This document shows, in pieces, positions 52,328 through 64,000 of a stretch of 64,000 bases of DNA. A program made the translations under genes and the position numbers. Numbering within the stretch: position 1 is the first letter of the stretch; each line of letters begins with the position of its first letter. Source of the DNA: Takakia lepidozioides (Eukaryota; Plantae; Bryophyta); NCBI GenBank assembly GCA_030704615.1, contig CM060733.1, positions 69,936,001 through 70,000,000 on the forward strand, read 5' to 3'. The notes beneath the pieces are model-generated. The model had not been told where the DNA came from, searched no databases, and saw only the letters and a list, made by a program, of their open reading frames with translations.

Positions 52328-55089
52328 GAAGTTAGTAACCTCCACTGGGCAGTGGAGGTTCAGTAAAATCCTATTACAGGACGGAAGATTAACTGAAGGA
52401 AAGAACGTCGTGACACCGAAAGGAGAAACTTTAAGTATAACTTTCTCGACGGTTCTGAATAAGAAAAACAATATGGTTTGAAAAAGTAAAGTCAATGTCT
52501 GGATGTACACTGGGACTGATGAAAAACAATTGGAATTAAATTGGAGTATGAGGGCGGAGTATAGACTACATCTATCTGAATTGTCAGATGAAGTCACAAA
52601 TGCCAACCTCCACTGGACAGTGGAGGTTGGATGATATCTGTTGATGAAATCAACCACATGGATGAACAATGGATAATGAAGAAGCCCTCTGTAGATGAAT
52701 AATTGATTCTATGGATGGATGAATATTAATGTGGCGACTGCCCAGTGGAGGTTTGGGAGTAACTTTAGACAAACAAAAGCAAGTTTAGCTGGTGCACATG
52801 GAGAGTACACAAAAAAATGAGTATCATACTATCCTACGTGAGAAATTTGCAATTGACACATGAGACTAAGGAAGCAGGGAGAGACTCAGAGGCTGCTTCA
52901 GAAGTACCCTATGGGCAGAGTGGTGCAGGACAGGCAAAGAGGTACACGTTGTCCAGAGAGGTGCAGGATGTCCAGAGAGGTGCGTGAGAGAAAAGAAGCG
53001 AGTGAGAGGTTCACAGTGGGAAGTTGGTGCTGTGTGGAGTCGGACGTGATATAGAGGTGACATGTAATTTTCATCTTTGAATCGCTCCAATGGCAGTGTG
53101 GTATGCTTTCTCCTGGATCGATTGTGGCCACCGTGGATTAAGGCGGAATCGAACGGCTTATTTCAACTCGTGAAATCACAGCTTCATTGAAAGTGTGCAC
53201 AATTTTCCATTTATTGACAACAGCCATTGTCACATTAATTATGGAACAAACGATAACGGCCGCGATCAGACTGAATTCTAGTGTACTTGTACGTTAGTAG
53301 GACTACATGTCTGGCATCATTATCGTGCGGCTCTGACAGCAGACTCTGGAATAAGCGTGAAGGATGTCGATTCTGACAAGTGGCCTGGAGAAATGAAGTC
53401 AGGCGGCTAATCGCCACAACTAATTCTGGACTGCCGTGCCTTGCCGTGCCTTGCTTTCTTGCACATGTTTAATGTAGGGATGGACCCCTCGTGTCGGGTA
53501 TCCCTCGATAAATGGGCAGTCCCTATGGTGGCTCTGGACCTTAAATCAAGGAATGCCCGACACGGGGGGCCATCTACTATCCTTAAAGCCGTATGTCACA
53601 TGGCACTTGCAGGTGTTGTCAGGGAATATTGACGCCTGGCGGCTAACAACCAAAAGTGATTGTGGACGGCTCATAATGAGAGAATGATTATAGAGTGTGA
53701 GGAATCCGTAGGTACAGCGCTATGTCCTCTGGCAGATTGAGTTCGAAACGACTGCCTAGGCGTGTCACGTGGGTGGTCACATGGGCGTTTAGGGCGTGGG
53801 TTAAGGTTTGGTGGCTTCAAATCTATTTTAAGATTTTTGTAAGCGTGAGGGTTGCAGAGTCTGACCAATGGCGTGATTACAGTCATTTCATTCTTTTCTC
53901 ATTCGTATGTCCGGTCGTCTGTCCAAACGTGTGTGCATTTGTCATTCAATTTGGAACAAAAATTGAAATAATTTCATCTGTGTGGATGGACAGAATTAAT
54001 GTTAGTTTGCGTGGATGTGGCAGAACATCCATTTGGGCCGCGCGACCGTTCGATTTCGGACGGAGGTGATGGTTCAGATCATTCTTGAAGGTCGCTTGTA
54101 AAGGGTGCACTCTTTGAGCCCGACCTTTGGGCTTCTTATTTTATACGCGTAAGCGCTGCGCAAGTGAGAGCTTGACTGTTGAGAGAGGAGAGCGTGAAAG
54201 GGAATAGTTTTGGAGCGCAGAGAGAAAGAGACTGTACACTGGAGCATGGAGAGAAAGAGAGCAGATTTGATCGAGTGCAGAGAGAGCAGAGGGTGAAAGG
54301 TGAGAGAGTGAAATAGGTGAAATTTGAAGAGCGAGGAGGAGAGACAGGACAGTGGCGAGTGGAGATTGACGAGTGCAGAGGCGAGAGCACAGTGCAATTA
54401 CCGGCAGGCGGAGGTGCGGAAGAGAGTATCAAACGAAGGACCGTGGTTGCAGGGGCACCAAAATGGCCGGCACAAGCAGGCACTACAACATAACGCGGTA
54501 TATCTGACTGCGAGGCCGCGGTAGTCATGGTTTTCCTGACTTTGACCATGACTTCCCTATATTTTTGGACCAAATTGGGGCTTCACGTAGTCGTTGAAAT
54601 GACTATGTGACTACGTAGTCCTCTGGGTGACTACGTTGGTAGACTTCGTCATGACTGCATGGCTCCGCAATAGACGGAAGGTTGGTCAATGATGGTTGAC
54701 CAGCGCGAGCTCACCACCAAATAGTCGTTGGAATGGCTTCTAGTGTGAAGCCTGGTAGCCAAAAGGTTATTTTTAAAAAAAAAATTGCTTATAGGGTTGC
54801 CCATTAGATGGCTGGGACTTAGTTTTTTTTTCTTTTTTGTCCTGCGCGGTTTCTTAGTATCGAGCTGTTGTGTCATGGAACGCAAGGATCGCAGGATAGG
54901 GCGTGGGATGGAGGCTTTGTATTTCGCTACTGATGTGGGGCGAAGCGCAACCTACACCGCAACCGCAATGGGCTCTTGGCTCCTATTAGTACCATGATGT
55001 GGTATTCTTCCTGATGTTTACAAGTTCTTGGGAGAGTCAGCTTGGCTTGGCAGTCCGTGTTTCAATTTTACCTTTGCGGAAAAGGGTAA

Positions 55090-55460
55090 AAGGTCCATGG
55101 TGACATTGTCAAATTTAGGGTATCCAGAAACAGATGTGGTAGTATTGAGGATACAAAGGGAGTGTTTGAGAATATGGCTGAACGAACCTAGAGTGTGATG
55201 ATCGCAGGATATGCCCCAGCATGGATGCGGGATGGAGGCATTGGAGACCTATGAACAAATGATGTGGGGAGGGTAAAGGCAAACCTGGTCATGTTCGTGT
55301 GTAGATGCAATGCGTGTGCGAGCCTGACAACCCTGGAAAAGGGCAAAGAGGTCCATGCTGACATCATTAGAGCTGGAATTGTACAAGATGTCATTCCGAA
55401 CGATACCCTGGTAGACATGTATGCCAAATGTGGCAGCATCGAAGCTGCAAAGAGAAGGCA
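55090..55460 (+). pseudogene. PLS-class PPR fragment
   Basis: NACASLTTLEKGKEVHADIIRAG...DTLVDMYAKCGSIEAA. Confidence 0.85.
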
Positions 55461-55899
55461 AATACTACTTCCATTGAGCGTTTTCATCTGTCTTCCTAGT
55501 GCAGAAGCTTGGGTGCAACACAGTACAACACAATCCCTGTTTTATGAACGAACGTTGATCACGTGGATTTAATGATGGCAGGATTCTTCTTCGACATGTT
55601 TCAGCCTGGTTTGCCTTCCCATCAGACTCGGCCCTGGATTGCTCGGCAGAGCAGAGCTGGCATGAGGGTTTTACAAATCCTTCACGATGATGGGACAACC
55701 ACGATCGCAAGGTGTGGCTTTTTCTTAATGTACGATGTGAAGAAGTTTGTCCATCCTGCAAATGTGGGCTCTTGGCTCTTGGCTCTTGGCAGGAAAGTAG
55801 GTGCACACTCACATTGTCCAAAGTGGATTCACGCCGAACGTTTTTCTACTCAACACCCTTGTCAATATGTATGTTAAGGGGAGCATCATGGATGATCGC

Positions 55900-58235
55900 C
55901 AAGTGTTCAACACATAATGCCTCAACGATCTTTGATCACGTGGAATATAATGTTGGCAGGATTTACCAAGCATGGGCATTATACGAATGCCTTTGAGACC
56001 TATGAGCAAATGATGCGCGAAGGGGTGAGCCAACCACATCACGTTTGTTTGTGTTTGCAATGCGTGTGCAAGCCTGGAAAAGGGGAAACAGGTCCATGGT
56101 GACATCGGTCAAAGCTGGAATTGCACCAGATGTCATTCTGAACACTGCCCTGACCTGGACATGTATGCCAAATGTGGATGCATTGAGGATGCAAAGGGAG
56201 TTTTCGACACTATGGCTGAACAAGATGTGGTGTCGTGGAGTGCGATGCTTGTAGGGTATGCACAGCAAGGACATGGGATGGAGGCTTTGGAGACCTATGA
56301 GCAAATGATGGGGGAAGGGGTGAAGCCTAGCCACATCATGTTTGTGTGCATTAGCAATGCTTGTGCAAGCCTGGCAGCCCTGGAGAAGGGCAAAGAGGTG
56401 CATGGCGATATCATCAAAGCTGGAATTGTACCAAATGTCAATCTGAACCATACCCTGGCAGCTCTGGAAAAGAGGAAAGAGGTCCATGGTGAAATCTTCA
56501 GAGCTGGAATTGTACCAAATGTCATTCTGAACCATACCCTGGCAGCTCTGGAAAAGGGGAAAGAGGTCCATGGTGACATCTTCAGAGCTGGAATTGTACC
56601 AAATGTCATTCTGAACCATACCCTGGTGGACATGTATGCAAAGTGGGTGCATCGAGCCCTGGACAAGGGCAAAGAGGTGCATGGCGATATCATCAAAGCT
56701 GGAATTGTACCAAATGTCATTCTGAACACTGCCCTGGCAGCTCTGGAAAAGGGGAAAGAGGTCCATGGTGACATCTTCAGAGCTGGAATTGTATCAAATG
56801 TCATTCTGAACCATACCCTGGTGGACATGTATGCAAAGTGGGTGCATCGAGCCCTGGACAAGGGCAAAGAGGTGCATGGCAATATCATCAAAGCTGGAAT
56901 TGTACCAAATGTCATTCTGAACACTGCCCTGGTAGCTCTGGAAAAGGGGAAAGAGGTCCATGGTGACATCTTCAGAGCTGGAATTGTACCAAATGTCATT
57001 TTGAACCATACCCTGGTGGACATGTATGCAAAGTGGGTGCATCGAGCCCTGGACAAGGGCAAAGAGGTGCATGGCGATATCATCAAATCTGGAATTGTAC
57101 CAAATGTCATTCTGAACCATACCCTGGCAGCTCTGGAAAAGGGGAAAGAGGTCCATGGTGACATCTTCAGAGCTGGAATTGTACCAAATGTCGTTCTGAA
57201 CCGTACCCTGGTGGACATGTATGCAAAGTGGGTGCATCAAGCCCTGGACAAGGGCAAAGAGGTGCATGGCGATATCATCAAAGCTGGAATTGTACCAAAT
57301 GTCATTCTGAACACTGCCCTGGCAGCTCTAGAAAAGGGGAAAGAGGTCCATGGTGACATCTTCAGAGCTGGAATTGTACCAAATGTCATTTTGAACCATA
57401 CCCTGGTGGACATGTATGCAAAGTGGGTGCATCGAGCCCTGGACAAGGGCAAAGAGGTGCATGGCGATATCAACAAAGCTAGAATTGTACCAAATGTCAT
57501 TCTGAACATTGCCTTGGCAGCTCTGGAAAAGAGGAAAGAGGTCCATGGTGATAGCTTCAGAGCTGGAATTGTACCAAATGTCATTCTGAACCATACCCTG
57601 GTGGACATGTATGCAAAGTGGGTGCATCAAGCCCTGGACAAGGGCAAAGAGGTGCATGGCGATATCATCAAAGCTAGAATTGTACCAAATGTCATTCTGA
57701 ACACTGCCCTGGCAGCTCTGGAAAAGGGGAAAGAGGTCCATGGTGACATCTTCAGAGCTGGAATTGTACCAAATGTCATTTTGAACCATACCCTGGTGGA
57801 CATGTATGCAAAGTGGGTGCATCGAGCCCTAGACAAGGGCAAAGAGGTGCATGGCGATATCATCAAAGCTGGAATTGTACCAAATGTCATTCTGAACACT
57901 GCCCTGGCAGCTCTGGAAAAGAGGAAAGAGGTCCATGGCGACATCTTCAGAGCTGGAATTGTATCAAATGTCATTCTGAACAATACCCTAGTGGACATGT
58001 ATGCAAAATGTGGGTGCATCGAGGATGCAAAGGGAGTGTTCAACACTATGGCTGAACGAGATGTGGTGTCGTGGAGTGCGTGCTTGCAGGGTATGCACAG
58101 CAGGGACGTGGGATGGAGGCTTTGGAGACCTATGAGCAAATGATGGGGGTAGGGGTGAAGCCCGGGAAAAGGGCAAAGAGGTGCATGGGGATATCATAAA
58201 AGCTGGAATTGTACCAGAGTCATTCTGAACACAAC
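55900..58235 (+). pseudogene. PLS-class PPR gene remnant containing a 660-aa ORF with internal tandem amplification
   Basis: MYAKCGCIEDAKGVFDTMAEQDVVSWSAMLVGYAQQGHGMEAL (S and P motifs). Frameshifts on both sides; no E/DYW domain seen. Confidence 0.9.
56370..58010 (+). repeat. 195-bp higher-order tandem repeat (84 + 111 bp subunits)
   Basis: AAGTGGGTGCATC recurs at 56641, 56836, 57031, 57226, 57421, 57616 and 57811. There are 17 KEVHG subunits in the ORF. Confidence 0.97.
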
Positions 58236-58349
58236 CGGTAACTAATCCATTTATTGGCTGCATTGTTGTGTCCATGCGTAGACTAGAATCCACATGTTCA
58301 ATGTTAGGCAGGGAAAACTATTCTTGCTGCCCAAAGCATGTGATAGTCA

Positions 58350-59600
58350 CAAGCCTAGCAATTGTATCTAAAAAGTGATGGATGACTGGTGCCTTGGTTA
58401 CAGCATCCACCCTTGTCAACTCTTGCGATGTTGCAATGAAATATACCTGCAACAGGCATTGATTAGAAGTTAGCTTTACTTCCATGTCAACTGCTAGCAG
58501 CAAGGCGAGGATGTATGCATGATTTGTGCAGAGTCATGGACAGTTGAAGAGCAGGGATAGAGTGGGGGTCCAGATTCATCTAAGAAGGTCGGGTTTCAAC
58601 TTCCAGATTACCTATCATTCCATGTGGAAGGACAAGTACAAGAAACAGATGGTCAAGTGGAAGCCGCATCAGCAGCGGCACAATTGATAAAATCAGGCAT
58701 TGCTAATGAAGGCACCTTCTTCAACACATTTCACCTGTTTTTCCCTCTTATCAGAGTTGGCACTCTATTTTCATGTTCAATAGCTACAAGAAACCTGCAT
58801 GGGTAGATGGTCAACTAGAAGCTGCAACAGCAGCGGCGGAATTGATAAAATCAGGCACTGCTAATGAAGGCACCTTCTTCAACACATTTCACCTTGTTTT
58901 TCCCTCTTACCAGTAGCGGCTCTAAATTTTCATGTTGAATTCTGCAAGTTAGCTGGTTGAGTGAACCTTTGTAGTTTGGAGTGACTTTTGACATGATACT
59001 GCCAATGTGACAACATGAAGGAATCCAGAAGTTCAGGTAATGGAGACCACAAGAAGCTGTGGAGTAAATACTTTTCTGACCCCAATCAACGGTGGGACAA
59101 TCAAGGCAATAGGTGAATGCCTGTTGGATTACAGAGAGTAGAAGATGCAATTGAGCATAGGAACTGGTGTGATAAGTTGAGTTGGGTGTTTCCCAGAACA
59201 ATTTGAGGCTTTCATTGTCATCTGCTAGCAGCAAGGCAAGGATGAATGCATGATTTGTGTATATCAGGCATGGATAGCTGAAGGAGCAGAGATAGAGTGT
59301 GGGTCCAGAATCATCCAAGAGGGCCAGCAAGAGGGCAGCTCTTTGTGTGCTTGATTCTCACTCCCATTTGGTGTTTGTCGTGGTCTCATTGGTAGATATT
59401 TCCCACCACAGCCCCATTGTCCCAAGCATCCAGTTGTCAACCTTGCTCTCCCATCCTTCACCCTCTTTGTCAGTGAAATACTCCCTTTCTTATTTTTCAT
59501 GTTCCAACCATTTAGGTGGTTTCTCCCTCAATACTGCCTTCATTTGCTGCATTGCCATGTATTTACTCTCTGTGGTTTTAATTTGCTCATGCCCAACAGT
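58350..59600 (-). mobile_element. Very decayed Ty1/copia RT remnant, partly duplicated
   Basis: RARLTTG (KARLVAKG-like), MRPRQTPNGSENQ (YMxQPxG-like) and YPCLIY...ILALLLADD (YVDD-like) occur in the expected order. Duplications 58490-58590/59222-59320 and 58640-58800/58804-58940. Confidence 0.5.
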
Positions 59601-61776
59601 TGGGAGAATTCCATGTGTTGGGCTGATTCCACTCTGAGCTGCAATTTCCATTCTTTTCAGTGCTTCCCACAGGCTGGCTTTTGCTGGAACAGGTCTATCC
59701 TCTTCACTTAAGTTTTCATCTCCTCATCATATCTTCTCCAAATCTGGTCACAGACGTCCTCATTTCCTTCTGTCTCTGGCGCATCATGCTCATCCTCCTT
59801 GACTGTCCATTGTGGTTCAGCTCTTGTTTGTGTGTCTCCATCAAAGGGACATCCTTCGTGTGGTGGAATGCTACTCACAAGAAGTGCTTGTTGTGGGCTT
59901 CTTTGCAGGATTTTTTAGCTCTGTTCTTCCCTCTTCACCTTTCCTCCTTTCAGGTGATCCTCCTCTCAATTCTAGTGCCTTTGTTTGTTGCATTGCAGTG
60001 TAGTACCTCCGTGTGCACATGATCCATTTCTCCACAGTGTGGAGAGACGGTCTATGGCTCCCACTCTGGGGATCAAGGAAAAGATGTGGAGAGCTGTCCA
60101 TAATTTGCATGCTCACACCAAAATGCTGTGTCAACGGTTAATGGACAGAAGTCTAACTTCTATGACATAGACCAAGGTGTGGCTCAAGGATGTACCCCCT
60201 CCCCCTTTCATGTTGAATTATTCAAGTAAGCTAATTGGGTGGATGCAACTCACATGTATGTTGAGTGCATGAGCCTCGTGGATGTAGTAGGAAGCAACAT
60301 CAGCAATTGCACACTTGATAAAATCGGGTACCCTCATCTTCAATACATTTCAGCCTGTTTTGTTCTCTTTTTAGAGTAGTCCCTATTTGTCCAGCGAAGG
60401 GGAGGATGTATATGGATTATGGGTGTTGTAGTAGGGATAGCTAAAGGGCACACAAAGTAGGACTGGTTCTGTTTTCAGTGCACATGGTGCTACTTACAAA
60501 AATATTCGATCAGAAATACAGGGTGATGAACTTGTGCCCTTAGACTGTGTTTTGAGGAGCTAGATTCTGGGACAACAACGCTATTTTGTAAATCTGATTG
60601 GCAGTTGTTTAAGAGAATCTCTTTTTACATCTGCTGTTGGCTTCAGTGTCTCTGTTATGTCCTTTGCACTTTGTCACTTTGTTCTTTCTTGTGAATGATG
60701 GTGTGTTATGATTTTCCAAATAATATTAAAAACCAAATTCTCAAACAACTAATTTGATGCCACGCGTCCAACCCAACAAACCACTTTACAATAGGCACCA
60801 TGACTACACAACATCGCATCATACATTGACACGTGTCATATCCTTGGAAAAATAACACGATCTGTTGTAGTGAGGTACAACATTGAAAACTCCCTCTTTT
60901 CGTTTTATGTTTCATGTTTTGTCTTGGCCTGTTCTCAATTCGTATGGCCTGTTCTCGATTCATGTGGCCTGTTCTCGATTCAATTCGTTTGGATCCTGCT
61001 TCATTCTATGTTGCACTGCACTGTCTTCAGTGCACTCTCACCTGTACTTCAGTGCTTCAGTCCGTGCTTCGGTGCACATTAGGTTTCTGTTTCATTGTCT
61101 GCTTCGTTGTTTGCTTCATTCCTGCTTCATTCTTTGTCGATTAGGGTGGCGGGAGATTACCGTGCTGGTTGTATTGCTTGTTTTGTTCAATGTGGTGGTT
61201 TTTTTAGGACAATGGTTTCGGAAATGTCCGGTTGTTTCTCAACCGTTTTCTTGATCCCCAAATCCAGCGTTAGTTTGTTCTTGTCAATAGTTTATGCATT
61301 TCTTCCCATTCAAATTCAATTCTGAATGGCAATTTTCATTTCATATCCAATTTTGTCGAATTCGGCAATTCTGAAAAACCACGATAGCCTAGTCTACTTG
61401 TATTCTACACTAGACATAGGCTAACAGTAGGCTTCGTGCAGGCCATAGTAGACTATTCGTAGACCAATGTCATGCACATGAGGAACCAAAAACTGGAACC
61501 TCCACTGCCCAGTGGAGGTTCGCGAGAATTCTGTATGGGGAAGCTGAAAGACATTTTTTAACCGTTACGACGAAATCGGATAATTCCGGGAAAAATGAAA
61601 ATCAGTGTGAGATGATGTGGGAACGAGTGATGGAATCATATGTGTAACATTGTAAGTGTGACACATATTTTCCAACGAGACTGGGATACGATAATTGGGA
61701 ACCTCCACTACCCAGTGGAGGTTCGATATTTCTTTGGGTCAGCCAGTTACGCACTCTGATTAGTTTTTATGTCAGT

Positions 61777-64000
61777 ATGAGAAAGATGAGCGAGGGTGGG
61801 GAACCGGTGTCTGACGATGAGTACAAGACCGTCAGCTTAAATTGGAGCAAGAGACGGCGTTCGGTAGACGTGATGGAAGCGAACCATCCAGATCAAAAAC
61901 TTGGTGTTTCGGAACCAGATGAAAAATCCAGTTGGGGGTCTACCGAGCCGAACCAAGTGTCTGTGATTGACAAAAATGTGACTGTAGAACCCCCGTGGAA
62001 CGCATCCGAATCTCCCAACAATACAGCAGAAGACATCTCCAAGGATACCCTGGCGGAAATAAGAGAAAGAGTTCATGTAAACAATGATGTCAACGGATCT
62101 CCTGCCTACTCCCAAAATTATCCGACGTACGCCCTTCCAGACTATTCCCCGGACACATTGGCGGCGATACGAGTGACCATTTTTGGATATCCCGCATCTC
62201 CGGGTTACTCGCCAATATCTCCTGAATCCACAACAGGATCTGCAGGATATTACCCTCCAACCTTCTCCCTGGACACTGCAACGAAACAGGGAATCCTGGA
62301 ACTCCTGGACGTCTCCGGATCTCCAGGATACTCCCCTGCGTCTCCTGATAGTATCACCGGATCCCTAAAATATACCCCTCCAGACTATTCGCCTGATACA
62401 CTCAGAGAGATTAGAAGAAGCATTTTGTAGTTCTTGGGTATATAATCTAGAATCGTCTGAATATAGTGCGAGAAGTCATGAGTATTTTTTGGACAAATTA
62501 GGTTCGAAGATTTCTTTTGTAGATTTGTCCTGTTCCAGGATGATGTACTCAATGGCTCCTGAGCCTCATTTTCATTAAAGTTTTTTTCTACAGCATCTGT
62601 AAAATATGGAGGATTTCCCATTTCATGTAGAAAGCCTCGTACATACTAACCTCCACTGTCCAGTGGAGGTTCTTATTTCTGGAATGATGGATGCTAGTAA
62701 GAGAGATCTTGTTATTTTATTATCTAATGAATTTGTGTTTGGTTGTAACAGAAGACATCCTACACCACCAGATTGCGTCCCAGGATTGATTGGAGATATT
62801 TGTGGCGCATTTGTATGCCAGAAGTCCTCACATTTCAAAACTGAGCATACCGCAATTTTTGAGCTTAACCCAGAGGTGACAGATTGGGGAATCGTGCCTG
62901 TCGGTACACCTCCTGATCACAAACTGTCTTTTCATTACAGAAGTCATGGAATAATAACAGACTTAAAATACGCGGAAGCTCTCGATATAGAGTTTGAGTC
63001 TAAAGAGGAAAACCCGATGTTGGTTTTGTTCCTGCATGAGGATGCAAGAACCCCCGGGACGTTTGGTTTCAAAGTGGAGGTGGGTCGTCTGAACAAGTCT
63101 TTGATGAGTGAATGCATTGCAATGGGATTTAGATTTCTAGACAAGGGCTCAGTATTTACCGACGTAGGTTTGTCGAGGGCCTGGAGTATTTTTCTGGATC
63201 TTCTGCATGCAATGGGGAACGACATTTGCAAGAAACGAGCACTAGAGGAAGCATCAAAGCCGAAGAGGGGAAAACGCAAGTCGTCGACAGCCGGCAATGA
63301 TGACAATGAGGCCGAGACTTCCGCAGGAAAGAAGAAACAGAAGGAGGATCAGGATCCAGCATTGATGTCAGATAACAAGAGACCTAAAGCTGGGGAGATT
63401 TTCGACAAGGAAAAATGCGAGAAGATGGAGGAGAGGCTCACGAAGGAATACAATGATGTATTTCCATTCGGATTCGAGAGTACCTTCCTTGTGAAGGTTT
63501 CCATGATGGAACTAGCTCCAAGGAGCATGGTTTACAGGCCGTTAAATATCAAGCATAAGGACGAAGGGAAAACGCGACTATTCCAACTTCATTTGTTCGA
63601 CTCCAAACATCCGGTGTATCTTGCGCCAATCAATCCTTCTAATCCCGAGAAGATTACTTCATCGCGACCGAAGCAATGGAAGGAAATGGACGTATCCAGG
63701 TTCTTCGTCATTGGTGGACAACAAACCATCGTGGCAGCAAAGGTAATGGACTTCACTTCCACCCAGACCTCTCTTTTAACGAACCTCCACTGGGCAGTGG
63801 AGGTTGGTGATCCCACGAAATTGGATATGTCCCTACCATTTCAACTCTCTCACCCATTTTACATTAACTGTAGCAGGAACTTCTCGAGGATCTTGCCGAC
63901 AGCGAACTGAAAGAGTACTACCGGGAGTGGCCTGCAAAGATTGTATGGTCTACCGATGAACAAAGGCTCCTGAAGTTGTCAAAGCTCCTCAACGATCCCA
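61777..64000 (+). CDS. Multi-exon gene running off the window: YSPxSP repeat region plus ParB/Srx-like domain
   Basis: GT-AG introns 62427-62751 and 63743-63873/6 join three exons in frame. YRPLNIKH...FFVIGGQQTIVAAK|ELLED...WPAKIVW...LSKLLN resembles ParB-like GxHR...AA folds. Confidence 0.65.

Larger units (their letters stand above)
27375..63805. repeat. Dispersed 24-bp palindrome AACCTCCACTG-NN-CAGTGGAGGTT (about 12 copies)
   Basis: Perfect arms at 52337, 52605, 61497, 62648 and 63782. Copies with 1-4 mismatches at 27375, 29044, 30204, 31271, 50915 and 61700. Partial copy at 52737. Confidence 0.93.

Noticed and set aside
54515-54745. Helitron 3' end (hairpins then CTAG)
   Set aside because: Hairpin-to-CTAG spacing is unconvincing and no Rep/helicase is present.
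55963-58139. Long antisense and alternate-frame repeat ORFs
   Set aside because: Shadows of the 195-bp PPR repeat.
1-64000. tRNA or rRNA genes
   Set aside because: None recognised by eye; tRNAscan-SE and Infernal were not run.

Overview
Eukaryotic, intron-containing, transposon-dense DNA. PLS-class PPR motifs and plant-type RAD23 exons indicate a land plant, probably a non-seed plant such as a bryophyte, lycophyte or fern (inference). No intact host gene is evident. From left to right: a hairpin-rich LTR-like fragment; a multi-exon Ulp1-protease gene flanked by G/C-rich repeats; two RAD23 pseudo-exons separated by TE debris; Gypsy, LINE, CACTA and hAT remnants; two palindrome arrays; FCP1/SCP-like pseudo-phosphatase exons; a Met-primed Gypsy fragment; a second Gypsy element; a GCM-like/MULE/SWIM transposase convergent with a DUF7869/Sola-like transposase; a tandemly amplified PPR; a copia remnant; and a gene with YSPxSP repeats plus a ParB-like domain. 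Two observations stand out. (1) The Gypsy at 38.4-45.8 kb carries a complete DNMT3-like cytosine methyltransferase between protease and RT, and a PHD finger after the integrase. (2) A dispersed 24-bp palindrome (AACCTCCACTG-NN-CAGTGGAGGTT, about 12 copies, several in introns) is confined to three multi-exon gene blocks, suggesting an undescribed large multi-gene transposon family. All domain calls come from motif recognition by eye; no database search was run.
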